From Candidatus Binataceae bacterium (GTDB lineage Bacteria > Desulfobacterota > Binatia > Binatales > Binataceae), in the NCBI GenBank assembly GCA_024281015.1, contig JAMXLL010000181.1:1-50361 (forward strand): a stretch of DNA of 50,361 nucleotides, written 5' to 3'. Of the stretch, positions 29,520-39,336 are shown one piece after another (within the stretch, counting starts at the first letter, position 1; every line of letters starts with the position of its first letter). Under the pieces are notes generated by a model. That model saw only the letters and a program-made list of their open reading frames with translations. It was not told the origin of the DNA and did no database searches. A program made the translations under genes and the position numbers.

Positions 29520-30242
29520 TCAGGCTCGACCATAAACAGGCACCACCGCGCCTGACGTTATCTGATTTTGCTCAGAACAAAGATAGGCGATGGTTCTGGC
29601 GATGTGTTCCGGCTTGACCCAATTTTCATGCTTGGCGTTCGGCATCGCCTTGCGATTCGCCTCGGTGTCGATCGTGCTGGGCGCGATAGCATTAACCAGC
29701 ACATTGTCGTTTAGGACTTCCTCCGCAAGCGAGGCGGTGAAAGTCTTGATTGCGCCCTTGGCAATCGCGTAGGCGGCAAATTCACCAGCGCCCAAAAGAC
29801 CGGTACGGGAACTCACCGAGACGATTCGGCCGTACTTGTTCTTTTGCATTACCGGCACAATCGCGCGGCAGCAGAGAAAAGTCGGTTTAAGGTTCAGATC
29901 GAACATCGACTGCCATTCCGCGATACTGGTATCGGCGATAGTCTTGCCGCCCCAAAAGCCGCCGACCAGGTTTATCAGGATATCGATCCGTGACATCTTT
30001 CGCACCGTTTCGTCGACGAAACGGGCGACTTGCTGCTCGTCGCCCAGGTCCACTTTGCTGAGGAAGATATCAGATGAAGCGAAGCGGTTGGCCATGCGAT
30101 CGTTGAACATCGGCACTTCGGCCTCAACGATCCAGGGTACCGCGACGCGGCCGCCCTCTTCCAGGAAACACTCACTGACGGCGCGACCCAGCGCCCCGGT
30201 TCCGCCAGTGATTACCGCGACTCGATTCTTAAGCAAATCCAT
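29520..30242 (-). CDS. SDR family NAD(P)-dependent oxidoreductase
   Basis: TGGTGALG, YAIAK and VNAIAPSTIDT motifs. Confidence 0.92.
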   Translation of the reverse strand: MDLLKNRVAVITGGTGALGRAVSECFLEEGGRVAVPWIVEAEVPMFNDRMANRFASSDIFLSKVDLGDEQQVARFVDETVRKMSRIDILINLVGGFWGGKTIADTSIAEWQSMFDLNLKPTFLCCRAIVPVMQKNKYGRIVSVSSRTGLLGAGEFAAYAIAKGAIKTFTASLAEEVLNDNVLVNAIAPSTIDTEANRKAMPNAKHENWVKPEHIARTIAYLCSEQNQITSGAVVPVYGRA

Positions 30243-30449
30243 CGCCTGCCTCCATTGTTCTTTTCACCGACCCGGCATGCCCGCGCTTCGCGATCCTCGT
30301 TAGCATGCAGATCTGCCCGTGTCTCGTCCCCTGCGCAACGGGAGAGCTTGGGTCAAGTGAATGCTCGTGGCAGGTTAGGAAACATCGCCGCGCACGTCCA
30401 GTGCTGCTGTCGCAGTGCATTCATACTGGAGTCGAAGCGTCGGTGCCGC

Positions 30450-31928
30450 TCAGGGACCTGCCAATGCTCTAGGCCGATATTCGTTTAACAGTTGCGCTAC
30501 TGCATCTTCCACAATCGTGCCCGCAAAGAAATCGGAGTTCACCCGAGTCTTGGCGCTTACCGGATTTGTAAACACAAGATCGCGGAAATCCGGTTCGGTG
30601 ATAAGTCCATGCTCGACCAATTCCCACGCTTCCTTGGCCGCGTCGCGCATGTCCGGCAGGTCGTAATGGCCCAGGTCGGAACTGTAGAGGACGTTCAGCC
30701 GCGCGCCGAAGGCATTCTTGCGCGTGTCAAATGCCAGAGCCGTCATTGGATCATCGCCCTCGCACCCGAAGAAAAAATTAGAGAAGAGGTTCCTGATGTC
30801 CTCCTTGCGCCTTACGCCGCAAAGCGCCCATTCGTCAATATCTTCCGGCTTTTCGTCTCTGCCCCATAACAGGTTGGACCGGAGCTCGGTGGCGTACGGC
30901 ATACGGCCGTGATACGCGGGAGGACTGTAGTCGCGGAAGAGGCGTTCGATGAGAGTCTGATCCAGCGTCGCCGGGCTGTATCGTTGTGCAATTTCAGCAT
31001 TGTGCTTTTCCCAATGACCGACCAAATCGGCGAGCAACGTGCATCCCCAGGCCGCACCTCCTTCGAGGAACGAGAAGGTGAGGCCGGGAAAGCGCCTTGT
31101 CACACCGCCAAAGAACAAGGCCTTGCAGATGGCTTCGCCCGCCGCCGCGAAATGGCCGATATGGTTGTAAGTAAAATTAGAAATCGAGGTGCGGGTGAAA
31201 AGCCCGACCGAGCCGGAATGGAAGGTCGGTGCGATTTTCAAAGCGAGACATTTTTCCCACACCGGATCGTAATCGTACTCGCTATCCAAACCGATAACGT
31301 CGAGCCAAGAAGCGTTATGCCCAGCGTCGGCTGACCGGCGCATGGCCGCGGCGATTGGCCGTCTAACGTAGCTTGGCATCAATGCCGCTTTCAAACCGAG
31401 GGTGCTCACAGAGTATTCAAGTTCCGCCATGGCTTCGGCCGGCGAGTGCATTGGGACAACGGCGACGGGCGTCATCCGATCCGCGAATTCGCCAAATGTA
31501 TCCGCGTGCAGTTTGTTCAAGGCGCGACACGCGGCTCCTCTCAGTTCGTCATCGGCCAGATGGAGCAGGAAGAGCCCGATGCTCGGATAGATGATAGTAA
31601 AATCGAGCCCCATTTCGTCGAGCCGCTCATAAAGCAGTTTCGGCAATGAGCTGGTAGCCCGGTCCAGCGTGTTGGCTGCCGGATGCACCCAGAAATGGGG
31701 CCGGGTCTGTCGATGATCGCGGCGCTCTTGGGGCGACATTTTGTACCATCGAAAGACGAAGGGGCTATCCGGCAAAGCCATGAGTCGATCTACTGCGCGC
31801 GAGCCGCCAACGTCGCGCAGGTAATCGAAGAGGACAGGTTCGAATTCCGCTGTATGCCCGTCAGAGTCGATGATCGGATGTTTGAGCTTTTCTCTGATCA
31901 TAGCGGACGCGGATTTAGTACTTTTCAT
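30450..31928 (-). CDS. Amidohydrolase_2 family metal-dependent hydrolase (paralog of 18076-19515)
   Basis: IDSDGH, GLDSEYDYDPVWEKC, NHIGHF, FLEGG and SSDLGHYD motifs. GGAGGA SD before MKSTK. Confidence 0.88.
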   Translation of the reverse strand: MKSTKSASAMIREKLKHPIIDSDGHTAEFEPVLFDYLRDVGGSRAVDRLMALPDSPFVFRWYKMSPQERRDHRQTRPHFWVHPAANTLDRATSSLPKLLYERLDEMGLDFTIIYPSIGLFLLHLADDELRGAACRALNKLHADTFGEFADRMTPVAVVPMHSPAEAMAELEYSVSTLGLKAALMPSYVRRPIAAAMRRSADAGHNASWLDVIGLDSEYDYDPVWEKCLALKIAPTFHSGSVGLFTRTSISNFTYNHIGHFAAAGEAICKALFFGGVTRRFPGLTFSFLEGGAAWGCTLLADLVGHWEKHNAEIAQRYSPATLDQTLIERLFRDYSPPAYHGRMPYATELRSNLLWGRDEKPEDIDEWALCGVRRKEDIRNLFSNFFFGCEGDDPMTALAFDTRKNAFGARLNVLYSSDLGHYDLPDMRDAAKEAWELVEHGLITEPDFRDLVFTNPVSAKTRVNSDFFAGTIVEDAVAQLLNEYRPRALAGP

Positions 31929-31970
31929 ATGCTCGTCCTCCAGGGCACCTGACACAGCGCTGATCGCCGG

Positions 31971-32585
31971 TTAGTGCAGCGGCGAGAAGGATGCCGGCAC
32001 TGCCAGAGCATTCTCCTGACGGAGCAGACCCGCACCCGAGCGTGGTGGCCATATTCCCTGCTGGACTGCTTCGCGGCGGATACGCTCGCGTTCAGCATAA
32101 TCGCGGTACGCCCAGATATGCACCCATTTGTTCAGTCCGCCCAGCTCTGAATACCAGCATCCCACCAGTGGCGATAACCGCGTGCGCGCCTCGATCTTCT
32201 CGCTCCAGCGCTCGATGACCGTAGGCATAGCGCCTGGCGCATACGTGTAAGTGCGAATTTCGTAGAGGAGGCCTAGAGCCCGGTCTTCGAGAGGGGGCGA
32301 AAATGGCGCCGGGACGAAGATCTCAGCCTTTGCCTCAATGATGAACTCGCCGATGTTTGGCGGCCATCCTGCCGCCTTGACTGCTGCTTCGCGCGCCTGC
32401 TCGCGGTGGGCGAGACTGTCATAGGGCCAGATGTGGATTATCTGGTTGAGTGGGCCAACCTCCGTGTGCCAGAGACCGGCGAGTCGGGAGAACTTGAGCC
32501 GTCCCGGCAGCGCCTCACCAAAACGCTCTTCCACGGTAGCGACAGTGCCCGGCTTCAACGTGTAGGTCCGCATTTCAACGATCAT
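31971..32585 (-). CDS. Tandem NIPSNAP family protein
   Basis: Two repeats: EMRTYTLKPG...EVGPLNQIIHIWPY and YEIRTYTYAPG...ELGGLNKWVHIWAY, ending PASFSPL. The true start is ATG 32585. Confidence 0.9.
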   Translation of the reverse strand: MIVEMRTYTLKPGTVATVEERFGEALPGRLKFSRLAGLWHTEVGPLNQIIHIWPYDSLAHREQAREAAVKAAGWPPNIGEFIIEAKAEIFVPAPFSPPLEDRALGLLYEIRTYTYAPGAMPTVIERWSEKIEARTRLSPLVGCWYSELGGLNKWVHIWAYRDYAERERIRREAVQQGIWPPRSGAGLLRQENALAVPASFSPLH

Positions 32586-32629
32586 AAGTTTGCTCCGGCG
32601 TTTGGATTGCAAATGATACCGCAGGAATG

Positions 32630-32763
32630 GGTTGATAATACGAAAGGCCGCGCCCTGCTGGACAATCGCAGGTGGCCAAGGCGCAGCCCGGTTGCCATAA
32701 TTGCAGCACAATGAAAACGCTGGCAACACGAATGATGAAAGTGCGGCCTTTCGGTTATCAGCT
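32630..32763 (+). ncRNA. Candidate structured non-coding RNA (or MITE) with long terminal stem
   Basis: The two ends pair over 22 bp (9+13, three G-U on the + strand), with two internal hairpins and a following T-rich run. No family recognised. Confidence 0.4.
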
Positions 32764-32939
32764 TTTGTTTTCTGGTCTCCATGACCGGACTGGCAATCGG
32801 GCGCGCCACCGGCGACGAGTTCTGAGCGATGTTCCGGCAATCTAAACCCGTCTGTGGAGATTGTCTGTATCCTGGCGCAAGAGAACCAGGGGCCTGATGT
32901 CAGTAAGGCGACACCAAAATCAATCCAGGTGCGGAAACA

Positions 32940-33335
32940 ATGGATATCAAGCGAAGCGGTTCACAGCCCTCCCGCAAAGGACCGGCTGATAATTTTACCG
33001 GCTCGGTACGAGTCGATCCTCTCTTCGATCCGCCCGAGCCGGCGCGCGCGTTCGGTGCCCTCGTCACATTCGAACCGGGAGCCCGCACCGCGTGGCATAC
33101 CCACCCCCTCGGCCAGACTCTAATCGTCACTTCCGGGTGCGGCTGGACTCAGTGTTGGGGCGAACCTAAAGAGGAAATCCGGCCGGGCGACGTAATCTGG
33201 TGTCCCCCCGGCAAGAAGCATTGGCATGGTGCGACGGCTACGACCGCGATGTCACACATCGCCATCGTGGAAAAACTCAACGGCAAGGCAATCGATTGGA
33301 TGGAAAAAGTCAGCGACGAACAATACCTGGGCTGA
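32940..33335 (+). CDS. Cupin protein similar to Mn-dependent hydroxynitrile lyases (GtHNL type)
   Basis: 131 aa with [26 protein letters not shown] and [11 protein letters not shown]. Metal ligands H53/H55/Q59/H94 are present. Confidence 0.88.
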   Translation: MDIKRSGSQPSRKGPADNFTGSVRVDPLFDPPEPARAFGALVTFEPGARTAWHTHPLGQTLIVTSGCGWTQCWGEPKEEIRPGDVIWCPPGKKHWHGATATTAMSHIAIVEKLNGKAIDWMEKVSDEQYLG

Positions 33336-33344
33336 TGAAGGCGC

Positions 33345-33470
33345 CCGTGAAAGCAAGATACGCCCCGACCCGACGGAAGCGGAGCGGAGCAAAGGTGAGC
33401 TTGATGAAATCGAAGCGCCGCTTCACGAATTAATCGCAGAGTGCGCGGTTCCCTGAGTTTGCACGAACTT
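33345..33470. repeat. Degenerate REP/MITE-like repeat related to 24367-24584
   Basis: CGCCCCGACCCGACGGAAGCGGAGCGGAGC (33361-33390) aligns with 24426-24457. It is bracketed by CGTGAAAGC/GCTTCACG, with TTTGCACGAAC nearby. Confidence 0.45.
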
Positions 33471-34259
33471 CTCGGCGGCAATACATGGCTCGTCGGTCGT
33501 GTAACTGGTCAGGAGTATGCCAAGCTGGACGCCTATTCCGATCACATCTAACCAGAGCTACCCGTGCGAACCGTGAAGGGGGGGCGGTTTGGCTCCGCTA
33601 CCGGCTTGAAGGCTGTTAGGAATGGACAAACGCGTTTGTCCGAATCGTACACATGGTCGCATCGCATGCAAGCAGTCCTCATCAATGGATAATCACGCCA
33701 TTCCACAGGGCTTAGAAAACCCCCGCATTTCTGCTGTCGAGATTGCAGCTTGACCGGCGGACTCAGCAACCTAAGCGCTGCTCTAAATTCTCAGAGGCTC
33801 GGATTTCGAGCAGTCGAGCACCACCCGACCTCCCGCCAATCCGTGGAAACGAACGGTTGGTCTGACATCCTTCTTATACCCGATTACGATGTGGTGGGTG
33901 AAAAGGATTCCTTCGGCGTCGTGTTGGTTTAGCCCCGTTTGCTCCAGAACGATTATCCGAACGCAATTGCAGCGCCGTTTCGGCCGGCAGCTTAGTCTGC
34001 GATCGGCATGGTGGTTGCAGCTTTTATCAAGCTTTGGATGGCGTTGCGCCGATCAGCGCAGAACGGCTGTCCGGTACATGGAGTAAGTTGGGCGGAGCCG
34101 CCGGGGACTGAACGCGAAGTAATCGAGAATCGCTCTCTGCGAGGACGCGGCGACAGTTATTGCTCGTGCGCTGAGTAATCTCGTGGTCGCTATTCGGGAT
34201 ACTGACTGCTCGCGACTCTCATTGTAGCTACATTCGACAACTAATGAGGGCTCATATAC

Positions 34260-36482
34260 ATGGCTATTGATGCGCACGCTGTTCGTGTTTGGGAGGGTGA
34301 TGCGACGCAACAAGGGGCGACCTGGGACGGGCTGGGAGTTAATTTCAGCCTGTTTTCGGCCAATGCCACGAAAGTCGAATTGTGTCTGTTTGATGCCAGC
34401 GGAAGACAAGAACTCCAGCGGCTTGAATTGCCCGAATACACCGATGAGATATGGCATGGTTATTTGCCCGACGCCGCTCCCGGCACCGTGTACGCTTATC
34501 GAGTTCATGGACCTTATGCACCGGAGGAAGGTCATCGTTTCAACCCAAACAAGTTGGTGCTGGATCCATATGCGAAGGCTCATATTGGCCAACTCAAGTG
34601 GGGCCCTGAGCTGTTCGCCTATAGCCTGGGCGCCGCCAATGAAGATCTCACTTTCGATGAACGCGACAACGCTCAATTGATGCCCAAGTGCGTCGTGGTT
34701 GACCCTGCCTTTACCTGGGCCGGTGATCGCAAGCCCTCGGTGCCGTGGGACCGGACCATTACTTATGAACTGCACGTAAAAGGCTTCACCAAACAAAATA
34801 CCAGAGTGCCGGAAACGCTACGGGGGACCTTTGCAGGCTTGGCCCATCATGAGGTTATTAGCTATATCCGGAGCCTCGGTGTAACTTCTGTCGAACTGTT
34901 ACCTATTCATTCGTTCATTACCGACGGTTTCTTGCTCGATAAGGGACTGACTAATTACTGGGGGTATAACACCATCGGCTTCTTCGCCCCGGATCCACGC
35001 TACTTCGCGAGCGGGGCTATTAGCGAATTCAAGCAGATGGTGGCTCATCTCCATAATGCAGGCTTAGAGGTCATTCTCGACGTAGTATACAACCACACAG
35101 CGGAAGGCAACGAACGGGGACCTACGCTTTCCTTTAGGGGCATAGACAACGCCTCTTATTACCGGCTACTCCCCGACAAACCACGCTACTATATCAATGA
35201 CACCGGAACCGGCAACACCGTGAACCTAAGCCATCCACGAGTACTTCAAATGGTTACTGACAGCCTGCGCTACTGGGCTAATGAAATGCACGTTGATGGT
35301 TTCCGGTTTGATTTGGCAACTATTCTTGGTCGCGAGGCTGGGGGCTTCGATCAGGGCGGCGGATTTTTGGATAGTTGTCGTCAGGACCCTGTTTTGAGTC
35401 ACGTAAAACTCATTGCGGAGCCCTGGGACTGCGGACCTGGGGGCTACCAGGTCGGCTCGTTTCCGCCAGGATGGGCCGAATGGAACGATCGCTTCCGCGA
35501 TGGTGTTAGGAGCTTCTGGAAGGGAGACCAAGGCAAAGCGGCCGAATTAGCCTCGCGGCTCGCTGGCTCAGGTGATCTGTTCAACAAAAGAGGCCGGAAG
35601 CCGTGGGCAAGCGTCAATCTTATAACCGCTCACGACGGGTTCACCTTAAGCGACCTGGTTACGTACAACGAAAAGCATAATGAAGCTAACGGCGAGAACA
35701 ACCAGGACGGAACAACGAATAATCTTTCATGGAATTGCGGAGTCGAGGGTCCCACCGACGATCCCGCAGTCAGGGATCTGCGCGAGCGGCAGAAGCGAAA
35801 CATGCTGGCAACGCTGTTGTTTTCGCAGGGCACGCCAATGATTCTGGCAGGCGACGAATTCGGGCGAACCCAGCGAGGCAACAACAACGCCTATTGCCAA
35901 GATAATGAAATCAGTTGGGTGGATTGGGAGGGCATCACAGAGGAAGGCCGTTCGTTTCTCGCATTTACACGCAAGCTGATCCGTTTGCGCCAGTCTCTTG
36001 CGATTCTCAGGCGGGGACGGTTTCTCGTTGCAGAGTATAATCCGGAACTAGAGGTCAAGGATGTAACCTGGATCAATGCGGCGGGAACCGAAATGCAGCA
36101 AAGCGAATGGCAAAACGGCCTGATGCGCTGTTTCGGCATGCTGGTCGATGGACGGGCCCAAACAAGTGGTATCAAGCGAAGAGCTTCTGATGTGACTCTG
36201 CTAATTGTGGTCAATGCTTATCATGACGTGGTTAAATTTGCCCTTCCTGAATTCGTCGGCGGTAACGAATGGCTGACTCTAGTCGATACTAATGCTCCAG
36301 AACGGGGCGAAACGCCGACTCTTAACGCCGGGTATGAGTACGAAGTTACGGGGCGCTCATTGTTGCTTTTTGCAGCGCTAACCAGTGGCGAGCCAGCAGA
36401 GATTGTGCGGCGAATCGCCTTTGAATTGCGGCATGATGGAAACCGCCGCGGTTTTTGGATGGAGCCAGTATTGCGGCTATAA
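34260..36482 (+). CDS. glgX: Glycogen debranching enzyme (GH13_11)
   Basis: GATWDG.GVNFSLFS, NYWGYNT, DVVYNHTAEG, VDGFRFDLA, IAEPWD and HDGFTL motifs. Confidence 0.97.
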   Translation: MAIDAHAVRVWEGDATQQGATWDGLGVNFSLFSANATKVELCLFDASGRQELQRLELPEYTDEIWHGYLPDAAPGTVYAYRVHGPYAPEEGHRFNPNKLVLDPYAKAHIGQLKWGPELFAYSLGAANEDLTFDERDNAQLMPKCVVVDPAFTWAGDRKPSVPWDRTITYELHVKGFTKQNTRVPETLRGTFAGLAHHEVISYIRSLGVTSVELLPIHSFITDGFLLDKGLTNYWGYNTIGFFAPDPRYFASGAISEFKQMVAHLHNAGLEVILDVVYNHTAEGNERGPTLSFRGIDNASYYRLLPDKPRYYINDTGTGNTVNLSHPRVLQMVTDSLRYWANEMHVDGFRFDLATILGREAGGFDQGGGFLDSCRQDPVLSHVKLIAEPWDCGPGGYQVGSFPPGWAEWNDRFRDGVRSFWKGDQGKAAELASRLAGSGDLFNKRGRKPWASVNLITAHDGFTLSDLVTYNEKHNEANGENNQDGTTNNLSWNCGVEGPTDDPAVRDLRERQKRNMLATLLFSQGTPMILAGDEFGRTQRGNNNAYCQDNEISWVDWEGITEEGRSFLAFTRKLIRLRQSLAILRRGRFLVAEYNPELEVKDVTWINAAGTEMQQSEWQNGLMRCFGMLVDGRAQTSGIKRRASDVTLLIVVNAYHDVVKFALPEFVGGNEWLTLVDTNAPERGETPTLNAGYEYEVTGRSLLLFAALTSGEPAEIVRRIAFELRHDGNRRGFWMEPVLRL

Positions 36483-36558
36483 GCTTTAGAGTTAGACAAC
36501 GACACGTATTGAGCTTATCGGACGACGCTTCGCCATTATGTGGGCGTGATCACGACGC

Positions 36559-38724
36559 ATGAAGAAAAAGACAAAAGATTTTGAACAGAGTGCTACTGCC
36601 GAATTGGCTCGAAGACTCGATATTGAATTGGAGTATCTCGATGCTGCAGGTAAACGGATCGTTATAGCGCCGGAGGTCGTTCGGGCGATGCTGGCGGCGA
36701 TGGGTTATCGAGTTGAAGATGATGATGACGCACAACGTATTCTTAACGGGCTCGACACAAATGAGAGCTCCCGCAAAATCCCTCCCGTTTTGGTGGTGAG
36801 GCAAGACCTTCAACCCACGCAAATTCCGGTGCATCTCGAAAGCGGTCGAAGTCACCCGTGGAGGCTGCTGCTCGAAGATGGTGGAATCGGAGAGCAGGGA
36901 AACTTTCTGCAGTCGGCAGCATCCAATCGGAGAGAGAAGAATGCCAGATCACTGGCGAGCCAAATCGTTCTGACGGTTCGTTTGCCATGCGGCTATCATC
37001 GATTTGAACTAGATGACGAAACAATGTCCTTGATAGTTGTACCCGAGAAATGTTGGCTTGATCCGATCGCAGACGGACAGAAGCTTTGGGGTATAGCGGC
37101 GCAACTCTACTTACTGAAATCAGAGCACAACTGGGGCATTGGCGACTTCACAGACCTATGTACACTCATCGAGATTGCAGCTGGATGGGGCGCATCGTTG
37201 ATTGGACTCAACCCCCTTCACGCACTTTTTGTGGATCAACCCGAACACGCGAGCCCATATGCGCCGGCTAGTCGTCTTTATCTGAACATATTGAATATAG
37301 ATGTTACCGCCATACCTGAGTTCGCGACCTGCACAGACGCGCAGGGGCTGCTCAGCCGTGAAGATTTTGCCGCCACACTGGCCGAAGTGCGTGGCGAGAA
37401 TATGGTCGATTATAAACGTGCGGCCGAGCTGAAGCTGCAGATGCTCCGTCTCTTATATTCACATTTCATTAGAGCGGCTAATCTGGAGCGGCGGCAGACA
37501 TTGAGATCGTTTGTGCAACAAAGGGGAGAAAGCCTGCAGCGATTTTGTGTCTTCCAGACCATTCGGCTCCACCTGGCCCGGAATAACCGCGTCGCGGATG
37601 ACTGGCAAGAGTGGCCCCAAGAGCTTCGACAGGCAGATTCGCCGGCTGTTGATGCCTTCGCCGAAAACCACCGTGAAGAGATCGATTTTTTTACTTGGGC
37701 ACAGTGGATAGCGGACACACAATTCAATCATGCTGCTCACCGCGCCACGGCGCTTCAGATGGCGGTCGGTCTCTATCGTGATGTCGCAATCGGAAGCAGC
37801 GCTGCAGGCGCGGAGACCTGGTCGAATCCCCAGGTCGCTGTGGCTGGTGCACATGCAGGTGCTCCGCCTGATATTGTGAACCCAGCAGGACAAAACTGGG
37901 GACTTCCGCCCTTTAATCCGCGAACTTTGCGCGAGTCAGCTTATACTCCGTTCATCGAACTGGTCCGAGCCAATATGCGCTATTGCGGAGCACTGCGAAT
38001 AGATCATGTGGTTGGCTTGCAGCATCTTTACTGGGTGCCCGCCGGCCATAAACCTGATCAGGGGGCATACGTTACCTATCCATTCGACGAACTCGCCGGG
38101 ATTCTTGCTCTCGAAAGTCAACGGAATCAGTGCCTTGTCATCGGCGAAGATCTTGGGACTGTTCCGCCCGGCTTTAGTGACAAACTCAACAGCTACGGAA
38201 TCCTGTCATATCGTGTGCTTTACTTCGAGCAAAACAATGAGTCTGGAGAATTCATTGCACCAGACCAGTATCGACGGCATGCACTAGCAACCATCGGAAG
38301 CCATGATCTGGCGACCCTTAAAGGCTGGTGGCTCGGCAATGACATTAATATTCGTGAGCGGCATCACCTGTATCCAGATCCACAGGAAGCAATTCGACAG
38401 CGGCGGATGCGAGAAAAAGAACGACAGCAGCTCTTAGTCGCGTTAGGAAACCAGCATCTCCACCCGGGCGACACCGACGACTTCTATTCTCTGTCCAGAT
38501 CAGTGCATTGTTTCCTTGCACGTTCAAAAGCCGCGATTGCTATGGTCGAACTCGACAATCTCACAGCTGAAGAGACACAAACGAATCTACCCGCAACGTC
38601 TCGGGAGCATCCGAATTGGCGCCGGCGACTTTCGAAGACTCTGGAAAATCTCAGAAATGATGCAAATATCGCCAGCATCATAGCTGCTATACAGCGTGAG
38701 CGGCCGCAGCGTATTCGCACCTAG
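36559..38724 (+). CDS. malQ: 4-alpha-glucanotransferase (amylomaltase, GH77)
   Basis: WGIGDFTDL, GLNPLHA, SPY, GQNWGLPP, LRIDHVVGL, IGEDLGTVP, GSHDL and HPNWRRRL motifs. Confidence 0.96.
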   Translation: MKKKTKDFEQSATAELARRLDIELEYLDAAGKRIVIAPEVVRAMLAAMGYRVEDDDDAQRILNGLDTNESSRKIPPVLVVRQDLQPTQIPVHLESGRSHPWRLLLEDGGIGEQGNFLQSAASNRREKNARSLASQIVLTVRLPCGYHRFELDDETMSLIVVPEKCWLDPIADGQKLWGIAAQLYLLKSEHNWGIGDFTDLCTLIEIAAGWGASLIGLNPLHALFVDQPEHASPYAPASRLYLNILNIDVTAIPEFATCTDAQGLLSREDFAATLAEVRGENMVDYKRAAELKLQMLRLLYSHFIRAANLERRQTLRSFVQQRGESLQRFCVFQTIRLHLARNNRVADDWQEWPQELRQADSPAVDAFAENHREEIDFFTWAQWIADTQFNHAAHRATALQMAVGLYRDVAIGSSAAGAETWSNPQVAVAGAHAGAPPDIVNPAGQNWGLPPFNPRTLRESAYTPFIELVRANMRYCGALRIDHVVGLQHLYWVPAGHKPDQGAYVTYPFDELAGILALESQRNQCLVIGEDLGTVPPGFSDKLNSYGILSYRVLYFEQNNESGEFIAPDQYRRHALATIGSHDLATLKGWWLGNDINIRERHHLYPDPQEAIRQRRMREKERQQLLVALGNQHLHPGDTDDFYSLSRSVHCFLARSKAAIAMVELDNLTAEETQTNLPATSREHPNWRRRLSKTLENLRNDANIASIIAAIQRERPQRIRT

Positions 38725-38961
38725 TTCAACAAGCGAAAGGCGCCAAAACGTTGCGTCAATCAGGTTCCGAGCGAAGCCTCTCGCAAAGCACATAGGCGAG
38801 AAACAAACTCGGACTGGGAAGGCTAAAGGCCAGGTTGCCTCGTCTGCGAAACGCCCAGTGCTTTACGGTCGCAGCGTCCAGTCGAACGACACAGCTTGTG
38901 CCCCTCAGATCCACCTATCAATAGAAGTTGCTTCGCCGGAAGAGATCGTTCTGCGATGAGA

Positions 38962-39336
38962 CTATCTGGTTCCTATGACGTCGGGATCTTCATTGCAAAG
39001 ATCAGGCAGGGCTTCGTCGCCATATTGATCGAGCATTGCGGTGATTCTGGCTTTCCAGGCAGATTCATCTGGACACAGATGGGGATACTCTGCCATGGCA
39101 CGCGCAGCCGCATGATTAGCCACTTCTTTATAGGAGGTACTTCCGTTTGCCAGCAGCGCAGAATCGCTATAAGCCTCCGAACAGTACGCTTTCAACGCAA
39201 GTTTGTTTGCCGAGCTGCAGCCCGTATTCGAGGCATTAACCGGCATGTAAGTAGCGAACACACCAATCAGGGTAAATACTAACGACAAGATAGCGCGATT
39301 TACACGCCCCATTGATTTGTATTGACTTACCTTCAT
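38962..39336 (-). CDS. Small secreted Cys-containing hypothetical protein
   Basis: Strong SD GGAGGTG, a signal-peptide-like N-terminus ending VNA, and four Cys in the mature part. Confidence 0.6.
   Translation of the reverse strand: MKVSQYKSMGRVNRAILSLVFTLIGVFATYMPVNASNTGCSSANKLALKAYCSEAYSDSALLANGSTSYKEVANHAAARAMAEYPHLCPDESAWKARITAMLDQYGDEALPDLCNEDPDVIGTR

Noticed and set aside
32668-32690. CAGG...GCAGC resembling SRP RNA domain IV
   Set aside because: The apical stem and GNRA loop (UCC-GGAA-GGA-AGCA) are absent.
32586-32840. 85-aa N-terminal extension of the NIPSNAP ORF
   Set aside because: The family domain starts at MIVEMRTY, which has its own GGAG SD. The extension runs through the structured non-coding element.
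33332-33405. CTGATGA...GAAA hammerhead-like core after the cupin stop
   Set aside because: Stem II does not pair beyond 1 bp and no convincing stems I/III with a UH site were found. CTGATGA overlaps the stop codon.
33548-33769. Minus-strand ORF with CMRC...VCP zinc-ribbon-like motif
   Set aside because: The fourth Cys is missing, there is no clear SD and the ORF is short. It cannot be distinguished from chance or a decayed fragment.
34053-34796. 247-aa minus-strand ORF
   Set aside because: Antisense shadow of glgX with no recognisable motifs.
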